Source: a virus
Taxonomy: Duplodnaviria; Caudoviricetes
Direction: 5' to 3' (one strand)
Length of the DNA stretch: 43,245 nucleotides
IMG/VR virus record: IMGVR_UViG_3300043621_000052
Location: 1-43,245 of that record
Numbering within the stretch: the first letter of the stretch is position 1; each line of letters opens with the position of its first letter. Positions 7,336 through 15,997 of this stretch are shown one piece after another. The translations under genes were made by a program, and so were the position numbers. The notes beneath the pieces are model-generated. The model saw only the letters and a program-made list of their open reading frames with translations, did no database searches and was not told where the DNA came from.

Positions 7336-8498
7336 GGCTCGCCCTCGATCGCTTCGAACTCGTGCGCGATGCGCGGGCCAACCGCCGGCCTCGGGTCAGT
7401 AGCCATCACCAGAGCCGTGCCGGGATCGGACACCGTGACGAGGTCGTTCCATTCCGGCGGCGGTTTGAGCTTCAGGCGTTTGAGGGTCTTCTCCGCCTGC
7501 GCCGGGGAGAGGAGCTCAGTCGTGAACATCTCGCCGCCGGGCGCCATCGGCCCGAGGACGCGCGAGGCATCATGCTCGTCGGCCCACTGGCGCCTGCCGC
7601 GCCGGTTCACGAGCTTCCAACCCGGTATGTTCGTGCCTCGGTCGGCGAGGGCTTTGGTGTGCGCGCGGACGGCGGCGATCCACGCATCGATCACCTCGGC
7701 GCCCTGGAGGATGCGCCCCAGCTGTTCCGGCGCCATGCTCTGGGGCGCCGGCAACAGCTGCGCGTCCACCACGTCGAACTCCAGGCCGGCGCGGGTGAGC
7801 GCCTGCTCCCGTAGCGCCGGGCATTCGCCGGCCGCTCTACAGAAGGCGCAGTGCTCTCCCGCGTGCAGCGGCGCGTCTGGTTTGGTCGCGGCCTCGGCTA
7901 TCTCAACCAGGTCCGCCGCCAGATCCTGTATCTCCGCCAGGGTCATGATTGTTGTCTGAGGTGGCCCGAACCGGGGCTGGACAATGCACAATTCTATCTC
8001 GTCGATCGCGTTGGCGGCGTCGGCCGGCAGGGAGTTCAACGCGCCGAGCCCATACCCGCCGAGTTGAAGATTGACGCGGCCATCCTCGCGTCTGATCGGC
8101 ACGGCGTGGCCGGCGCCGGTCTTGAGGTCGCACACCCATAGCCTTGGAGGCGCGACAACGCAGGCGTCGCATGTCCCCCAGTAGAGCTCGTGAATGCCTT
8201 GCAAGTGGAAGCCCTGCTCGATGAGCAGCTGCCCGCCCATGCGCTGCCCGGTCGAGCGAACCTTGTCCAGATAGGGCTCTATGATCGCGGCGCCGTCGAG
8301 GTCGTCGGACAGATACTCGGCGGCGTCGAGGTGCTCATCCAGGCAGGCGGCGGCGGCGGCGTGCAGGAAGTTGCCGCGCTGGGCATAGACGGAGGTGGTG
8401 TTGGGCTTACCCTCCTCCATGCGCATGCTGCCGGGGCAGCTGGCGCGCCGCTCCAACACGCTCATGCCTAGCGGGGAGTGACCGCGAGGGGCGTTCAT
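7332..8498 (-). CDS. Cas4-like PD-(D/E)xK exonuclease (DUF2800-like)
   Basis: Motifs HSPLGMS...CPGS, GTCDA, VCDLKTGAG, QLGGYGLG, IVQPR and GEHCAFC...CP. The ATG at 8498 is coupled to the upstream stop. Confidence 0.9.
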   Translation of the reverse strand: MNAPRGHSPLGMSVLERRASCPGSMRMEEGKPNTTSVYAQRGNFLHAAAAACLDEHLDAAEYLSDDLDGAAIIEPYLDKVRSTGQRMGGQLLIEQGFHLQGIHELYWGTCDACVVAPPRLWVCDLKTGAGHAVPIRREDGRVNLQLGGYGLGALNSLPADAANAIDEIELCIVQPRFGPPQTTIMTLAEIQDLAADLVEIAEAATKPDAPLHAGEHCAFCRAAGECPALREQALTRAGLEFDVVDAQLLPAPQSMAPEQLGRILQGAEVIDAWIAAVRAHTKALADRGTNIPGWKLVNRRGRRQWADEHDASRVLGPMAPGGEMFTTELLSPAQAEKTLKRLKLKPPPEWNDLVTVSDPGTALVMATDPRPAVGPRIAHEFEAIEGEP

Positions 8499-8602
8499 GC
8501 TTCCCACCTGGGTAAACTCCTCCACAAAACGATGGCGAGGACGGACAGCGGAAACCCGATGATCAGGGCGCCGCAGATCACGCCAAACCAGAAATCGCTC
8601 AT
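8495..8602 (-). CDS. Small membrane peptide (35 aa)
   Basis: MSDFWFGVICGALIIGFPLSVLAIVLWRSLPRWEA; ATGA overlaps at both ends. Confidence 0.65.
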   Translation of the reverse strand: MSDFWFGVICGALIIGFPLSVLAIVLWRSLPRWEA

Positions 8603-9120
8603 TCCTCGACGACGCTCGAGGCGTGCTCCTCCAGATACGCCAGCGCCGCCGCCTCGATCGCAGGCCATGTGTCGGGCGGGCACTCTGTCAGGCGAGGGAA
8701 CCCGCCGTGTTCGCGCAGGAGGTCGACAACGCCGGCCGTGGATTTGGGGTGGATCGCGTTGACCTGTTTCAGGACCGCACGCAAATCCGCCTCCAGGGGA
8801 ATTTGCGGCGCCGCCTTCGCGGGAGCGGCCGGGGGCGCTGCCGCCTTTGTTATTGGCGCCGGCTTCGGCGCGGCCTTCTTCGCCGCCGGGGGTGGCGTTG
8901 GCGGAGGCGCGGGTGGAGGAGCCGGCGGCGGCGGCGGTGGCTCTGGGGCTGGCGCGGGCTCGCCACCGATGCCGATCGACTCGTCGATCGTCTGGACGAT
9001 CGCGGCCGTGGCCTGGCTGGCGGCGACCATCTGGCGCCGCATCAACAGCATGTTGGCGATGTCTTCCTGGGACACCTCGACATCAAATGTCATGTTTACA
9101 TGGATGTTGGTCGTTTTCAT
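8599..9120 (-). CDS. Pro/Ala-rich linker protein typical upstream of DUF2800 genes (173 aa)
   Basis: The ATG overlaps the helicase TAA. A Pro-rich linker precedes a small helical C-domain (LLREHGGFPRLTECPP). Confidence 0.75.
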   Translation of the reverse strand: MKTTNIHVNMTFDVEVSQEDIANMLLMRRQMVAASQATAAIVQTIDESIGIGGEPAPAPEPPPPPPAPPPAPPPTPPPAAKKAAPKPAPITKAAAPPAAPAKAAPQIPLEADLRAVLKQVNAIHPKSTAGVVDLLREHGGFPRLTECPPDTWPAIEAAALAYLEEHASSVVEE

Positions 9121-10457
9121 TAGGCTGCGTCTCCCATGATCTCTTGAACCACTACGCGTTTTCTTCTGAGGACTTCGGCGACACGCGCGTCTATGCTGTT
9201 CGATACCGTGAGTATCGAGGCGTGTACGGATCTGGACTGACCCGCGCGATAGAGCCTCGCCACGGCCTGGTCGTAGGCGGCGGGCGTCCATTCCGTCTCA
9301 AGGAAGATGCAACGCCGCCCCGCCTGCAAGTTCAGCCCGAACCCGGCGAGCTTCACCGAGGCGATGAGCAATCGTGACGTTCCGGCGGTGAAAGCGTCGA
9401 TTTGACTCTGTCTGGTTTGTAACGGAGTGTCGCCAATCATTAAAAGTGGAGTCTGCGACTCGCACTTTCGCGCGACGTATTTAAGGGCGTCGATATGGAG
9501 GCCAAACAGGACGATGCGATCGGCGCCACCGTTAAGCTCTTGCATGACCAGCTGCGCGGCGGCCTCGGCCTTGGCCAGCGCCATCAGCCGGCGGGTGCTG
9601 GCCAACGGCAACAACATGGCGTTCAACCGTTGCCACGCCGCATCGATCCCACCTTCGATTTGTGTCAGGACAACGTGAAGGTCCCGCCGCATCGTGTCGG
9701 GAATTGAGGCCTCAATGGCCCCGCGGTCTTTTTTATCAATGGTGACAGATATCGTGTCGGCTATCAGCGGCGGCAGATCCGTGACATCATCCAGTTTCAC
9801 GCGTGACGAACAGGCGCGCAGGATCTCGCCGAGCTCTCGGAGGTTCCGTCCGCCGACGACCACGTCGCCGAATGTCTTTCGGACAAGGACGCAGAACCTA
9901 CCAAGGAAATCCTGTTTCCGGGTCAGGTCTGGAATGAGATGCGGAAACAACCGGGACAGGTGCGGATGAAGCTCGTCGGGACTATTCATGATAGGAGTCC
10001 CCGTCGCGATCCATACACGATCGCAACGACGGAACAGCGCGCCTCGGCTGTCATCGCGCGCACCGTAGAACGCCTGGGTGCGCATGCTGGTGGAGTGCGC
10101 CAGGGCGTGCCCCTCGTCGCAAACGCAACTATCCCAGTGCGCGGCGTAGAGTTGCCGCCAGACCGGCAGGCGCCGCATGAAGTCGTAAGAGCAGAGGACG
10201 AGGTCCACGTCATCGCGCACACGCTCGCGGCCGTTGCGGATGATCTGGACCGTGGCGCCTGGGCGCCAGCGTTGGATCTCGGCGGCGGCCTGCTCCAGCA
10301 GCACGGCCGGCGAGAGCCACAGACCGCGACCACCGACGGCGGCGCCGGCCAGGATCAACGCGGCCGTCTTGCCGGTGCCCATTTCCCACAGCAACAGGAA
10401 GTGTCCGATCACGAGGTCGGAGAGCACGTCCCGCTGATGACGCCATGGCTTCGGCAT
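9120..10457 (-). CDS. SNF2-family (SF2) helicase
   Basis: Motifs EMGTGKT, CDEGH, ATGTPIMN, GFGLNLQ and QAVARLYRAGQ. Confidence 0.93.
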   Translation of the reverse strand: MPKPWRHQRDVLSDLVIGHFLLLWEMGTGKTAALILAGAAVGGRGLWLSPAVLLEQAAAEIQRWRPGATVQIIRNGRERVRDDVDLVLCSYDFMRRLPVWRQLYAAHWDSCVCDEGHALAHSTSMRTQAFYGARDDSRGALFRRCDRVWIATGTPIMNSPDELHPHLSRLFPHLIPDLTRKQDFLGRFCVLVRKTFGDVVVGGRNLRELGEILRACSSRVKLDDVTDLPPLIADTISVTIDKKDRGAIEASIPDTMRRDLHVVLTQIEGGIDAAWQRLNAMLLPLASTRRLMALAKAEAAAQLVMQELNGGADRIVLFGLHIDALKYVARKCESQTPLLMIGDTPLQTRQSQIDAFTAGTSRLLIASVKLAGFGLNLQAGRRCIFLETEWTPAAYDQAVARLYRAGQSRSVHASILTVSNSIDARVAEVLRRKRVVVQEIMGDAA

Positions 10458-10685
10458 TCACCACGCGTCCTCTTCAAAGGGGACGGGAACCGGCTTGAGG
10501 AACTTGCCCTCTTTCAGCAGTTTCTCGACAGTGGCGCGGAGCACGAGGATGCGGTGCGACACGCGAACGGCGGGGATGATCCCCGAGTGGATGTGCGCGT
10601 AACAGGTCCGAGCCGGCAGGCCCAGGATATGGGCCGCCTGCGCCACCGTGACCGTCCTGGGTGTTGGTTTCTGAGCTCCCGGCAT
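10458..10685 (-). CDS. Excisionase-like/Cro-like HTH protein (75 aa)
   Basis: TVAQAAHILGLPARTCYAHIHSGIIPAVRVSHRILV; first gene of the leftward operon, divergent from the repressor. Confidence 0.85.
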   Translation of the reverse strand: MPGAQKPTPRTVTVAQAAHILGLPARTCYAHIHSGIIPAVRVSHRILVLRATVEKLLKEGKFLKPVPVPFEEDAW

Positions 10686-10908
10686 TCGGGGAGCCTGCGC
10701 GTATTGCAACCGTTGCACCAGCCCAAATCGTCTTCAATCCGCTCGCTTTGTATTGTTTGCAATGGCGAGCGGATTATTCTTGTCCGGCGCGAACCAAATC
10801 AGCTACCGAGCGTTTGCAACGGTTGCGGGCTTTCGTCGGGTAGCGGACGGAACCGGGGCGGGGGTTTTGGCTACGAATGGAATGAAATGGAACAGGAAAG
10901 GTTGGGGC
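10686..10908. promoter_or_regulatory. Divergent control region with operators at 10705-10717 and 10815-10827
   Basis: TGCAACCGTTGCA and TGCAACGGTTGCG lie between divergent HTH genes in lower-GC sequence. Confidence 0.7.
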
Positions 10909-11355
10909 ATGAGTATGAGCGAGGCGATGGTTAAGGAACGAAAAACACAGACGCCGGGGGGTGGATGGGCGCGCACATTGCTGCGGAGGGCGGGGGTCAC
11001 GCAGATCGAGCTCGCGGAAAAGTGGGGCTGCACCGAGAGTTCACTGAGCCGCCACCTGAACTCTCTGATAAGCGCGGACATACCGTTGTTTCGCGCGGCG
11101 GCGTTCTGCGAACTGACGGGGATAAGCCTGGAAGAGCTCGCGGCGCGCGTGGGGATTGATGCCGGGGGGTGGGAGGTGGAGCTCCAGCCGGTCGAAGATC
11201 CCCCCGTGCCGACGATACGCCTGCGGCCGGATGAGAGCCGCCCGAACAGGTGGCTACTGCTGGCGCACGTCAGTGTCAGGACCGACACGCTGGGCCTGAT
11301 CACGCGGGCACTCGACGCCGCCGCCGTTGACACGCGGACCCTCGGAAGGTCGTAG
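10909..11355 (+). CDS. XRE-family HTH repressor-like protein
   Basis: Motif LLRRAGVTQIELAEKWGCTESSLSRHLN. No S24 peptidase domain is apparent. Start uncertain. Confidence 0.85.
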   Translation: MSMSEAMVKERKTQTPGGGWARTLLRRAGVTQIELAEKWGCTESSLSRHLNSLISADIPLFRAAAFCELTGISLEELAARVGIDAGGWEVELQPVEDPPVPTIRLRPDESRPNRWLLLAHVSVRTDTLGLITRALDAAAVDTRTLGRS

Positions 11356-11361
11356 CGACTC

Positions 11362-11374
11362 TGCAAGGGTTGCA
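11362..11374. promoter_or_regulatory. Operator-like palindrome copy (TGCAAGGGTTGCA)
   Basis: 12/13 match, immediately after the repressor stop and upstream of the rightward operon. Confidence 0.6.
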
Positions 11375-11423
11375 AGGTTAGACGAAACCCGCCAGCCTGT
11401 GGGGTGAACCAGGGAGGCGGCGG

Positions 11424-11852
11424 GTGACGCGACCAACCAAGGCCTACACCGACGAGGAGCGTGAGCTCCTCCTCCGCGCCGCGCGCGGCCACTGGGCCGG
11501 CGGCGCCGTCCGGTGGATGCTCACCACCGGCTGCTCCCGCGCCGAGGTCTGCGCCCTGACGTGGGCCGGCATCGCCGGGTTGGCGACAGATCATCCGCTC
11601 CACGACGAGATAAAGGCCAGACGCGGCCGGGCCACGGCCGAGGCCCGCGCGACCGGTCGCGTGCTCGATCGTCAGCCCGTGTTCCCCGGTTTCTACGGCC
11701 AAAGGCTGAAGACCGACGCGTTCAGGAACACGCTGCGCCTGCTGCTCCACAATCAGCGGCGCAAAGAAGAGTCGGCGAGACACAGGCGAGAAGCGGAGGA
11801 CAGACCAGATGGCAAGGTATACGCACGAGAACACGCCAGGGCTGACGGATGA
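11424..11852 (+). CDS. Truncated, catalytically degenerate tyrosine-recombinase-like protein
   Basis: MLTTGCSRAEVCALTWAGI resembles box I (TGxRxxExxxLxW) with Arg replaced by Ser. VFPGFYGQRL patch present; no HxLR or catalytic Tyr region. Confidence 0.6.
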   Translation: MTRPTKAYTDEERELLLRAARGHWAGGAVRWMLTTGCSRAEVCALTWAGIAGLATDHPLHDEIKARRGRATAEARATGRVLDRQPVFPGFYGQRLKTDAFRNTLRLLLHNQRRKEESARHRREAEDRPDGKVYAREHARADG

Positions 11853-12039
11853 CGCCCTGGCGTCGCTGAACGAAAGATACGAAGCGGCGTCGAAGCGGGT
11901 GGACGCCGCCACCCAGGTCGACCCCGGTTTCTGGGACCGGCTGGCGACCGTGATCCTCGACGACTTCACGACGCAGCGGAAAGTGGCCGAGGCGATGACA
12001 ACGTATCAGGCGAAGGGGAACCGCGAGGATCTGGCATGA
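11809..12039 (+). CDS. Small protein (76 aa) ending in a capsid-identical peptide
   Basis: SD ggagga. The C-terminal TTYQAKGNREDLA equals major capsid residues 9-21. Confidence 0.8.
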   Translation: MARYTHENTPGLTDDALASLNERYEAASKRVDAATQVDPGFWDRLATVILDDFTTQRKVAEAMTTYQAKGNREDLA

Positions 12040-12290
12040 GCCCCCCGGAAGGGCAGGAGGCACTGGAGGCGCTGGCCGAGCAGGCTCTGGCGGACCTGTT
12101 CGCGTATATGATCCGCGAGGACCATGACCCAGACCACAGTGCCCCCGAGGACGCGGCGCTGGACTACGCGGCGGAGATCGTTTCCGCCGCCATCGCCCTT
12201 TTCCATCAACGAATATCGCCGTGTGGTCTGCCGCCCAACGTCATATCCGTCGCCCTGCTCCCGACCCCCGCTAACGAGGACCTCGCCTGA
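12036..12290 (+). CDS. Hypothetical protein (84 aa)
   Basis: ATGA and TGATG coupling at both ends. Confidence 0.7.
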   Translation: MSPPEGQEALEALAEQALADLFAYMIREDHDPDHSAPEDAALDYAAEIVSAAIALFHQRISPCGLPPNVISVALLPTPANEDLA

Positions 12291-14728
12291 TGGCGGCGAG
12301 CACGGCGAAGGCCGGTGTGGGTGGCGCCGACGGCCCGCCCAAACCCGTTACCGATGAGCGCGCCCGCGGCACGGCGCTGGCGGACATCCCCGCGCTGGCG
12401 TGGCTGCTGGAGCAGAAGCGTTTCTGTGTGTGGGACTGGCAGCTAAAGGGGCGGAAGGACCAACCAAAGTGGACCAAGCCGCCCAGGATACCCGGTACGC
12501 CGATCGGCCAGAGGGTCAACGATCCATCAACGTGTGTGTCATATGAGGTGGCGCGTGGGGCGGTCCTGGCCGGGGACGGCGAGGGCGTGGGCTGGGTCCT
12601 GCTGGACGAACTCAACGTGGTGTGGCTTGACGCGGACAAGTGTCGCGACCCGGTGACCGGCGAGCTCGCGCCATGGGCTCAGGCGCTGCTTGAAATGGCC
12701 GGGGGCGCCTACCACGAGCTCACGCCCAGTGGGACGGGGCTACGCATCGCCGGGGGCGCCGGCATGTTCCTGGCGTTCCAGGGCAGGCTCGACATGCGGG
12801 CGTTTTTAGGTGGGTTGGACGAGGCGGATCTCGCGCGCTGGGGCGGCAGCCGAGACTGCGCCGAGGGCGCGGCGGTGGAGATATTTTACGGCTGCGCGCG
12901 GTATGTGACGATGACCGGCTGGCAGGCGGCGGGGAGCATCGATGCCGACATCGGCCGCCTCGCGATCGCCCTCTGGGAGGCCGGGGACGCGCAAGGGATC
13001 GTGACCCGGTCAGTGCGCGCCGCCGGGCTGGCGCGGGCGGAGGTGACGGCGGATCGCACCGGGCCGATCGAGGACATCGTGTCGGCTCTGGGAGTGATGG
13101 AGAACGACGAGCTACATTGGGACGATTGGAACACGATCGGCCTGGCCGCGCATGCCGCCAGCGGTGGTGACGCCGACGCGTTCGAAGCGTTCAGGGCATG
13201 GTCGGAGCAGTCGGCGAAGCACGATGATGTCTACTGCGCGGAGCAGTGGGAGAAGTGGGGCCGATCGCCCGCGACGCGATCGGGCATAGGCACGCTGACA
13301 TGGCATGCGCAGCAGGCTGATCCAGGCTGGATCAGACCGTCGAAGCGGGGCGGGCTGGAGTTCGATCTGGTGGAGGTCGAAGAGGGAGAGCCGGGAAAGC
13401 CGTGCAAGGCTGACGCCGCCGGGGGCGCGGCCGCCTTCGCGGATCTGGTCGCGCGGTTTCGTTACGTGAGGTCGCCACGAGGCTGGCTCGACCGGGACGG
13501 TGTGCTGCTCGACGATCAGCAGCTGGCCGCCGAGGCCGGGGGGATGGGTGTGGCCGGCTTCATGGGGCGCGGCGCCAAGGGGCTGACGGCGCGCATGCTG
13601 CACCCGCGAAGCAGGCTCAGGCGCTGCGTGGGCCTGACGATGCGGCCAGGGCAGGGAGAGGTCGTCCACGAGCCATGGGGGCCGTGCGCGAACCTCTGGC
13701 GGCCGTCGGATCTGGCGCCTCGTGCGGGCGCCACCGAGGCCGACGCGGCGCCGTGGCTGGAGCACGCGCGCAGGCTGATACCCAATGACGCCGACAGGGA
13801 GCGTGTGCTCGATCGCTTCGCGTGGATACTTCAGAACCCAGGCCGCAAGATCAACAGCGCCCTTGTGTTGTTGGGGCCGCAAGGCGCCGGCAAGGACACG
13901 CTGCTGCTGCCGGTGCTGGAGGCGATAGGGCAACACAACGTCGGCGAAGTGTCCGGTTCGAACATCGGCGGGTCGTTCAACGGCTACCTCCGCAACCAGA
14001 TGCTGCTGATCAATGAGATGCCGCCGGCACACAAACGGGACAGCTACGAGTCGATCAAGGGGTGGATGACCACGCCGCCGGGGCGTGTGCCCATCAATCT
14101 CAAGGGGGTCGAGGCGTTCTCGGTGCCGAACGTCATCAACGCCGCCATCACATCCAATCACATCGGCGCCATCGCCCTGGCGGAGGACGACCGGCGTTTC
14201 GACATCGTCGCCACGATCATCGCCGCGTTGTCGGGCGATCCATACTGGGCGCGCCTGCACCGGTGGCTGGACGGGGGCGGGCACGCGATCGTCGCCGGCT
14301 ACCTGATGGCGCGCGATGTCTCGGCGTTCAACGCATCGGCCGCGCCACCCATGACGGAGGCCAAGCGGACCATGATGCGCGAGGGCGCGCATCCGGCCGT
14401 GGCGTGGGTCATGTCGCTCTTTGACGAGGGCAGGCCGCTGGCGGAGCGGGACGTGGTCACGGTGGGGGAGATCGTCGGCAAGGGTCAGGCCGGCAAGTGG
14501 GAGGCGAGCGGCGGCGTGTCCCACAGTCTGACGTGGGCGCATGTGCTCCAAGGTCTGCGGCAGCACGGCTGGCGTGTCCTGCCGCAGCAGATCGTCGACG
14601 GCGAAGACAAGCCGAGGCCGTGGGCACGCGCCGGGTCAGTCACGCTGTTGTCCCAACTCACGGCTACGGCTTTGCGTGAGCATTTGCAGAAGGATCGAGG
14701 CAAGAACAGCGGGTTTGACTTCGGGTGA
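12290..14728 (+). CDS. Primase-helicase: AEP prim-pol, PriCT-2, and D5/SF3-like (DUF5906-type) helicase
   Basis: Motifs WLDADKC, ELTPSGTGLR, RYVTMTG, WNTIGLA...WSEQSAKH, Walker A GPQGAGKD, LINE and DDRRF. Confidence 0.92.
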   Translation: MAASTAKAGVGGADGPPKPVTDERARGTALADIPALAWLLEQKRFCVWDWQLKGRKDQPKWTKPPRIPGTPIGQRVNDPSTCVSYEVARGAVLAGDGEGVGWVLLDELNVVWLDADKCRDPVTGELAPWAQALLEMAGGAYHELTPSGTGLRIAGGAGMFLAFQGRLDMRAFLGGLDEADLARWGGSRDCAEGAAVEIFYGCARYVTMTGWQAAGSIDADIGRLAIALWEAGDAQGIVTRSVRAAGLARAEVTADRTGPIEDIVSALGVMENDELHWDDWNTIGLAAHAASGGDADAFEAFRAWSEQSAKHDDVYCAEQWEKWGRSPATRSGIGTLTWHAQQADPGWIRPSKRGGLEFDLVEVEEGEPGKPCKADAAGGAAAFADLVARFRYVRSPRGWLDRDGVLLDDQQLAAEAGGMGVAGFMGRGAKGLTARMLHPRSRLRRCVGLTMRPGQGEVVHEPWGPCANLWRPSDLAPRAGATEADAAPWLEHARRLIPNDADRERVLDRFAWILQNPGRKINSALVLLGPQGAGKDTLLLPVLEAIGQHNVGEVSGSNIGGSFNGYLRNQMLLINEMPPAHKRDSYESIKGWMTTPPGRVPINLKGVEAFSVPNVINAAITSNHIGAIALAEDDRRFDIVATIIAALSGDPYWARLHRWLDGGGHAIVAGYLMARDVSAFNASAAPPMTEAKRTMMREGAHPAVAWVMSLFDEGRPLAERDVVTVGEIVGKGQAGKWEASGGVSHSLTWAHVLQGLRQHGWRVLPQQIVDGEDKPRPWARAGSVTLLSQLTATALREHLQKDRGKNSGFDFG

Positions 14729-14972
14729 TGTGCAATGTGTGCAATGCGTGCAGAGGAGAGCTCCACGGTCCACAGTGGGCTCACAGTGTGGTGTGGAGCG
14801 AAAGATGCTGTGTATATCTATCTCTCTTCTATATCTCCACACTCCACACTTATAAATAAATAAATAGAGAAGAGAAGGGGAGGAGGGGGGAGTGGATAAG
14901 AGGGAGAGAGGTGGATGGGAGATAATGCACTAAGGACTGAAAAGGGAACTGTTACTGTGGACTGTGGAGCTC
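14729..14972. other. Putative replication origin (iterons, inverted repeats, AT-rich core)
   Basis: A 19-bp inverted repeat at 14758-14776/14954-14972 (18/19), multiple TCCACA/TGTGGA units, and TTATAAATAAATAAATA, directly after the primase gene. Confidence 0.6.
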
Positions 14973-15448
14973 GTCTCGTCCTCGGGATCGACCCCGGCAA
15001 GACCGGATCAGCCGCTCTGGTGCGATGCCGCCCCGGCGTTGAGAGGCCCAAGGTCGAGCATGTCTGGGAGGTCAAGGCGTTGCTGGCGATCGGCGACGCG
15101 GCGGCGCGGGCGGATTTGGTCGTGATCGAACAGCAGCAGGCGAGCCCTCAGATGGGACGCACCAGCGCCTTCGAACTGGGGATGATCACGGGATGCATCG
15201 AGGGCCTGGTCCTGGCCAGGACCAGCGCCGATATCGTCAGGCCAATGCCAGCGGCGTGGCGCGGGAGCTTTGGCCTCGGCGGCGGCAAGGCCGGCAAGGC
15301 GCGGGGGGTCGAGATGGCCCGCGTATTGGCCGGCACCGGCATCGAAAGGCACGATCAGGCTGATGCGATCCTCCTCGCGTGGTGGGGGTGGAAACGCATC
15401 CTTGAACCCGCGCTTGTCTCGGCGCATGAGACTCATACCGACTGGTAG
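14915..15448 (+). CDS. RuvC-like Holliday junction resolvase (the start may be GTG 14957)
   Basis: Motifs VLGIDPGKTG, VVIEQ, SAFELG, PAAWR and HDQADAILLA. Confidence 0.9.
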   Translation: MGDNALRTEKGTVTVDCGARLVLGIDPGKTGSAALVRCRPGVERPKVEHVWEVKALLAIGDAAARADLVVIEQQQASPQMGRTSAFELGMITGCIEGLVLARTSADIVRPMPAAWRGSFGLGGGKAGKARGVEMARVLAGTGIERHDQADAILLAWWGWKRILEPALVSAHETHTDW

Positions 15449-15466
15449 TACGGAGGGCGTATCACG

Positions 15467-15997
15467 GTGAGAGGCAAGGTGCCCAGGATGCTTGACGCGC
15501 GGCGAGAGCAGTTCTGCCTGTTCGTCGCCGAGGGGAAGATCCAGACCGAGGCGGCGAGGCTCGCGGGCTTCCCCGCGCCGCACACGGCGGCGAGCAAGCT
15601 CATGGCCCGGCCGATGGTCAGGAGCCGCGTGGAGGAGCTCAGGAACCGGCTCACGCTGCGGAAGATCGACGCGGTCGCGGGCTTCATCGCGCCGACGCGG
15701 GAGTATGTGCTGAAGGGGCTGATCGACAACGTCGAGAGCGCGAGGGAGGCCAATGATCGAGGGTCGGTGAACAAGGGGCTGGAGCTCGTGGGCAAGGAGA
15801 TAGGGATGTTCGTGCAACGCAGCATGCAGATAGACTCTCCTCTCCAGCGCCTGCCCGCCGCTAAGCTCTCCGAGCTCTTGCGTCTCATTGATGAGACGCT
15901 GGAGCCCAAGCCGGTGATGACGATCGAGGCGAAGCTGGAGGCGCCGACAATCGAAGAGACGATTGGTCACGACAGTGCAACGGACGACGGCTGGTGA
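15467..15997 (+). CDS. terS: Terminase small subunit
   Basis: REQFCLFVAEG...TEAARLAGF...ASKLM...VRSRVEEL and KGLELVGKEIGMF; upstream of terL. Confidence 0.85.
   Translation: MRGKVPRMLDARREQFCLFVAEGKIQTEAARLAGFPAPHTAASKLMARPMVRSRVEELRNRLTLRKIDAVAGFIAPTREYVLKGLIDNVESAREANDRGSVNKGLELVGKEIGMFVQRSMQIDSPLQRLPAAKLSELLRLIDETLEPKPVMTIEAKLEAPTIEETIGHDSATDDGW

Noticed and set aside
7332-8498. Cas4-like gene as evidence of a CRISPR system
   Set aside because: It sits in the usual phage DUF2800-SSB-polymerase context; no repeat-spacer array or other cas genes were seen.
10875-10893. Short GAATG/AAATG tandem repeat upstream of the repressor
   Set aside because: Too short and degenerate to distinguish from chance.
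11424-11852. Functional integrase
   Set aside because: Too short, catalytic Arg replaced, HxLR and Tyr motifs missing; no att site recognised.
12276-12290. EDLA ending of ORF 12036..12290 as a second capsid-mimic tag
   Set aside because: Only four residues, and explained by the GAGGA Shine-Dalgarno of the overlapping primase start.
13112-14566. Long antisense ORFs (for example 13112..14566, 10803..11969, 27413..28429, 39757..40821)
   Set aside because: Shadow ORFs expected opposite real genes in high-GC DNA; no motifs or convincing ribosome-binding sites.
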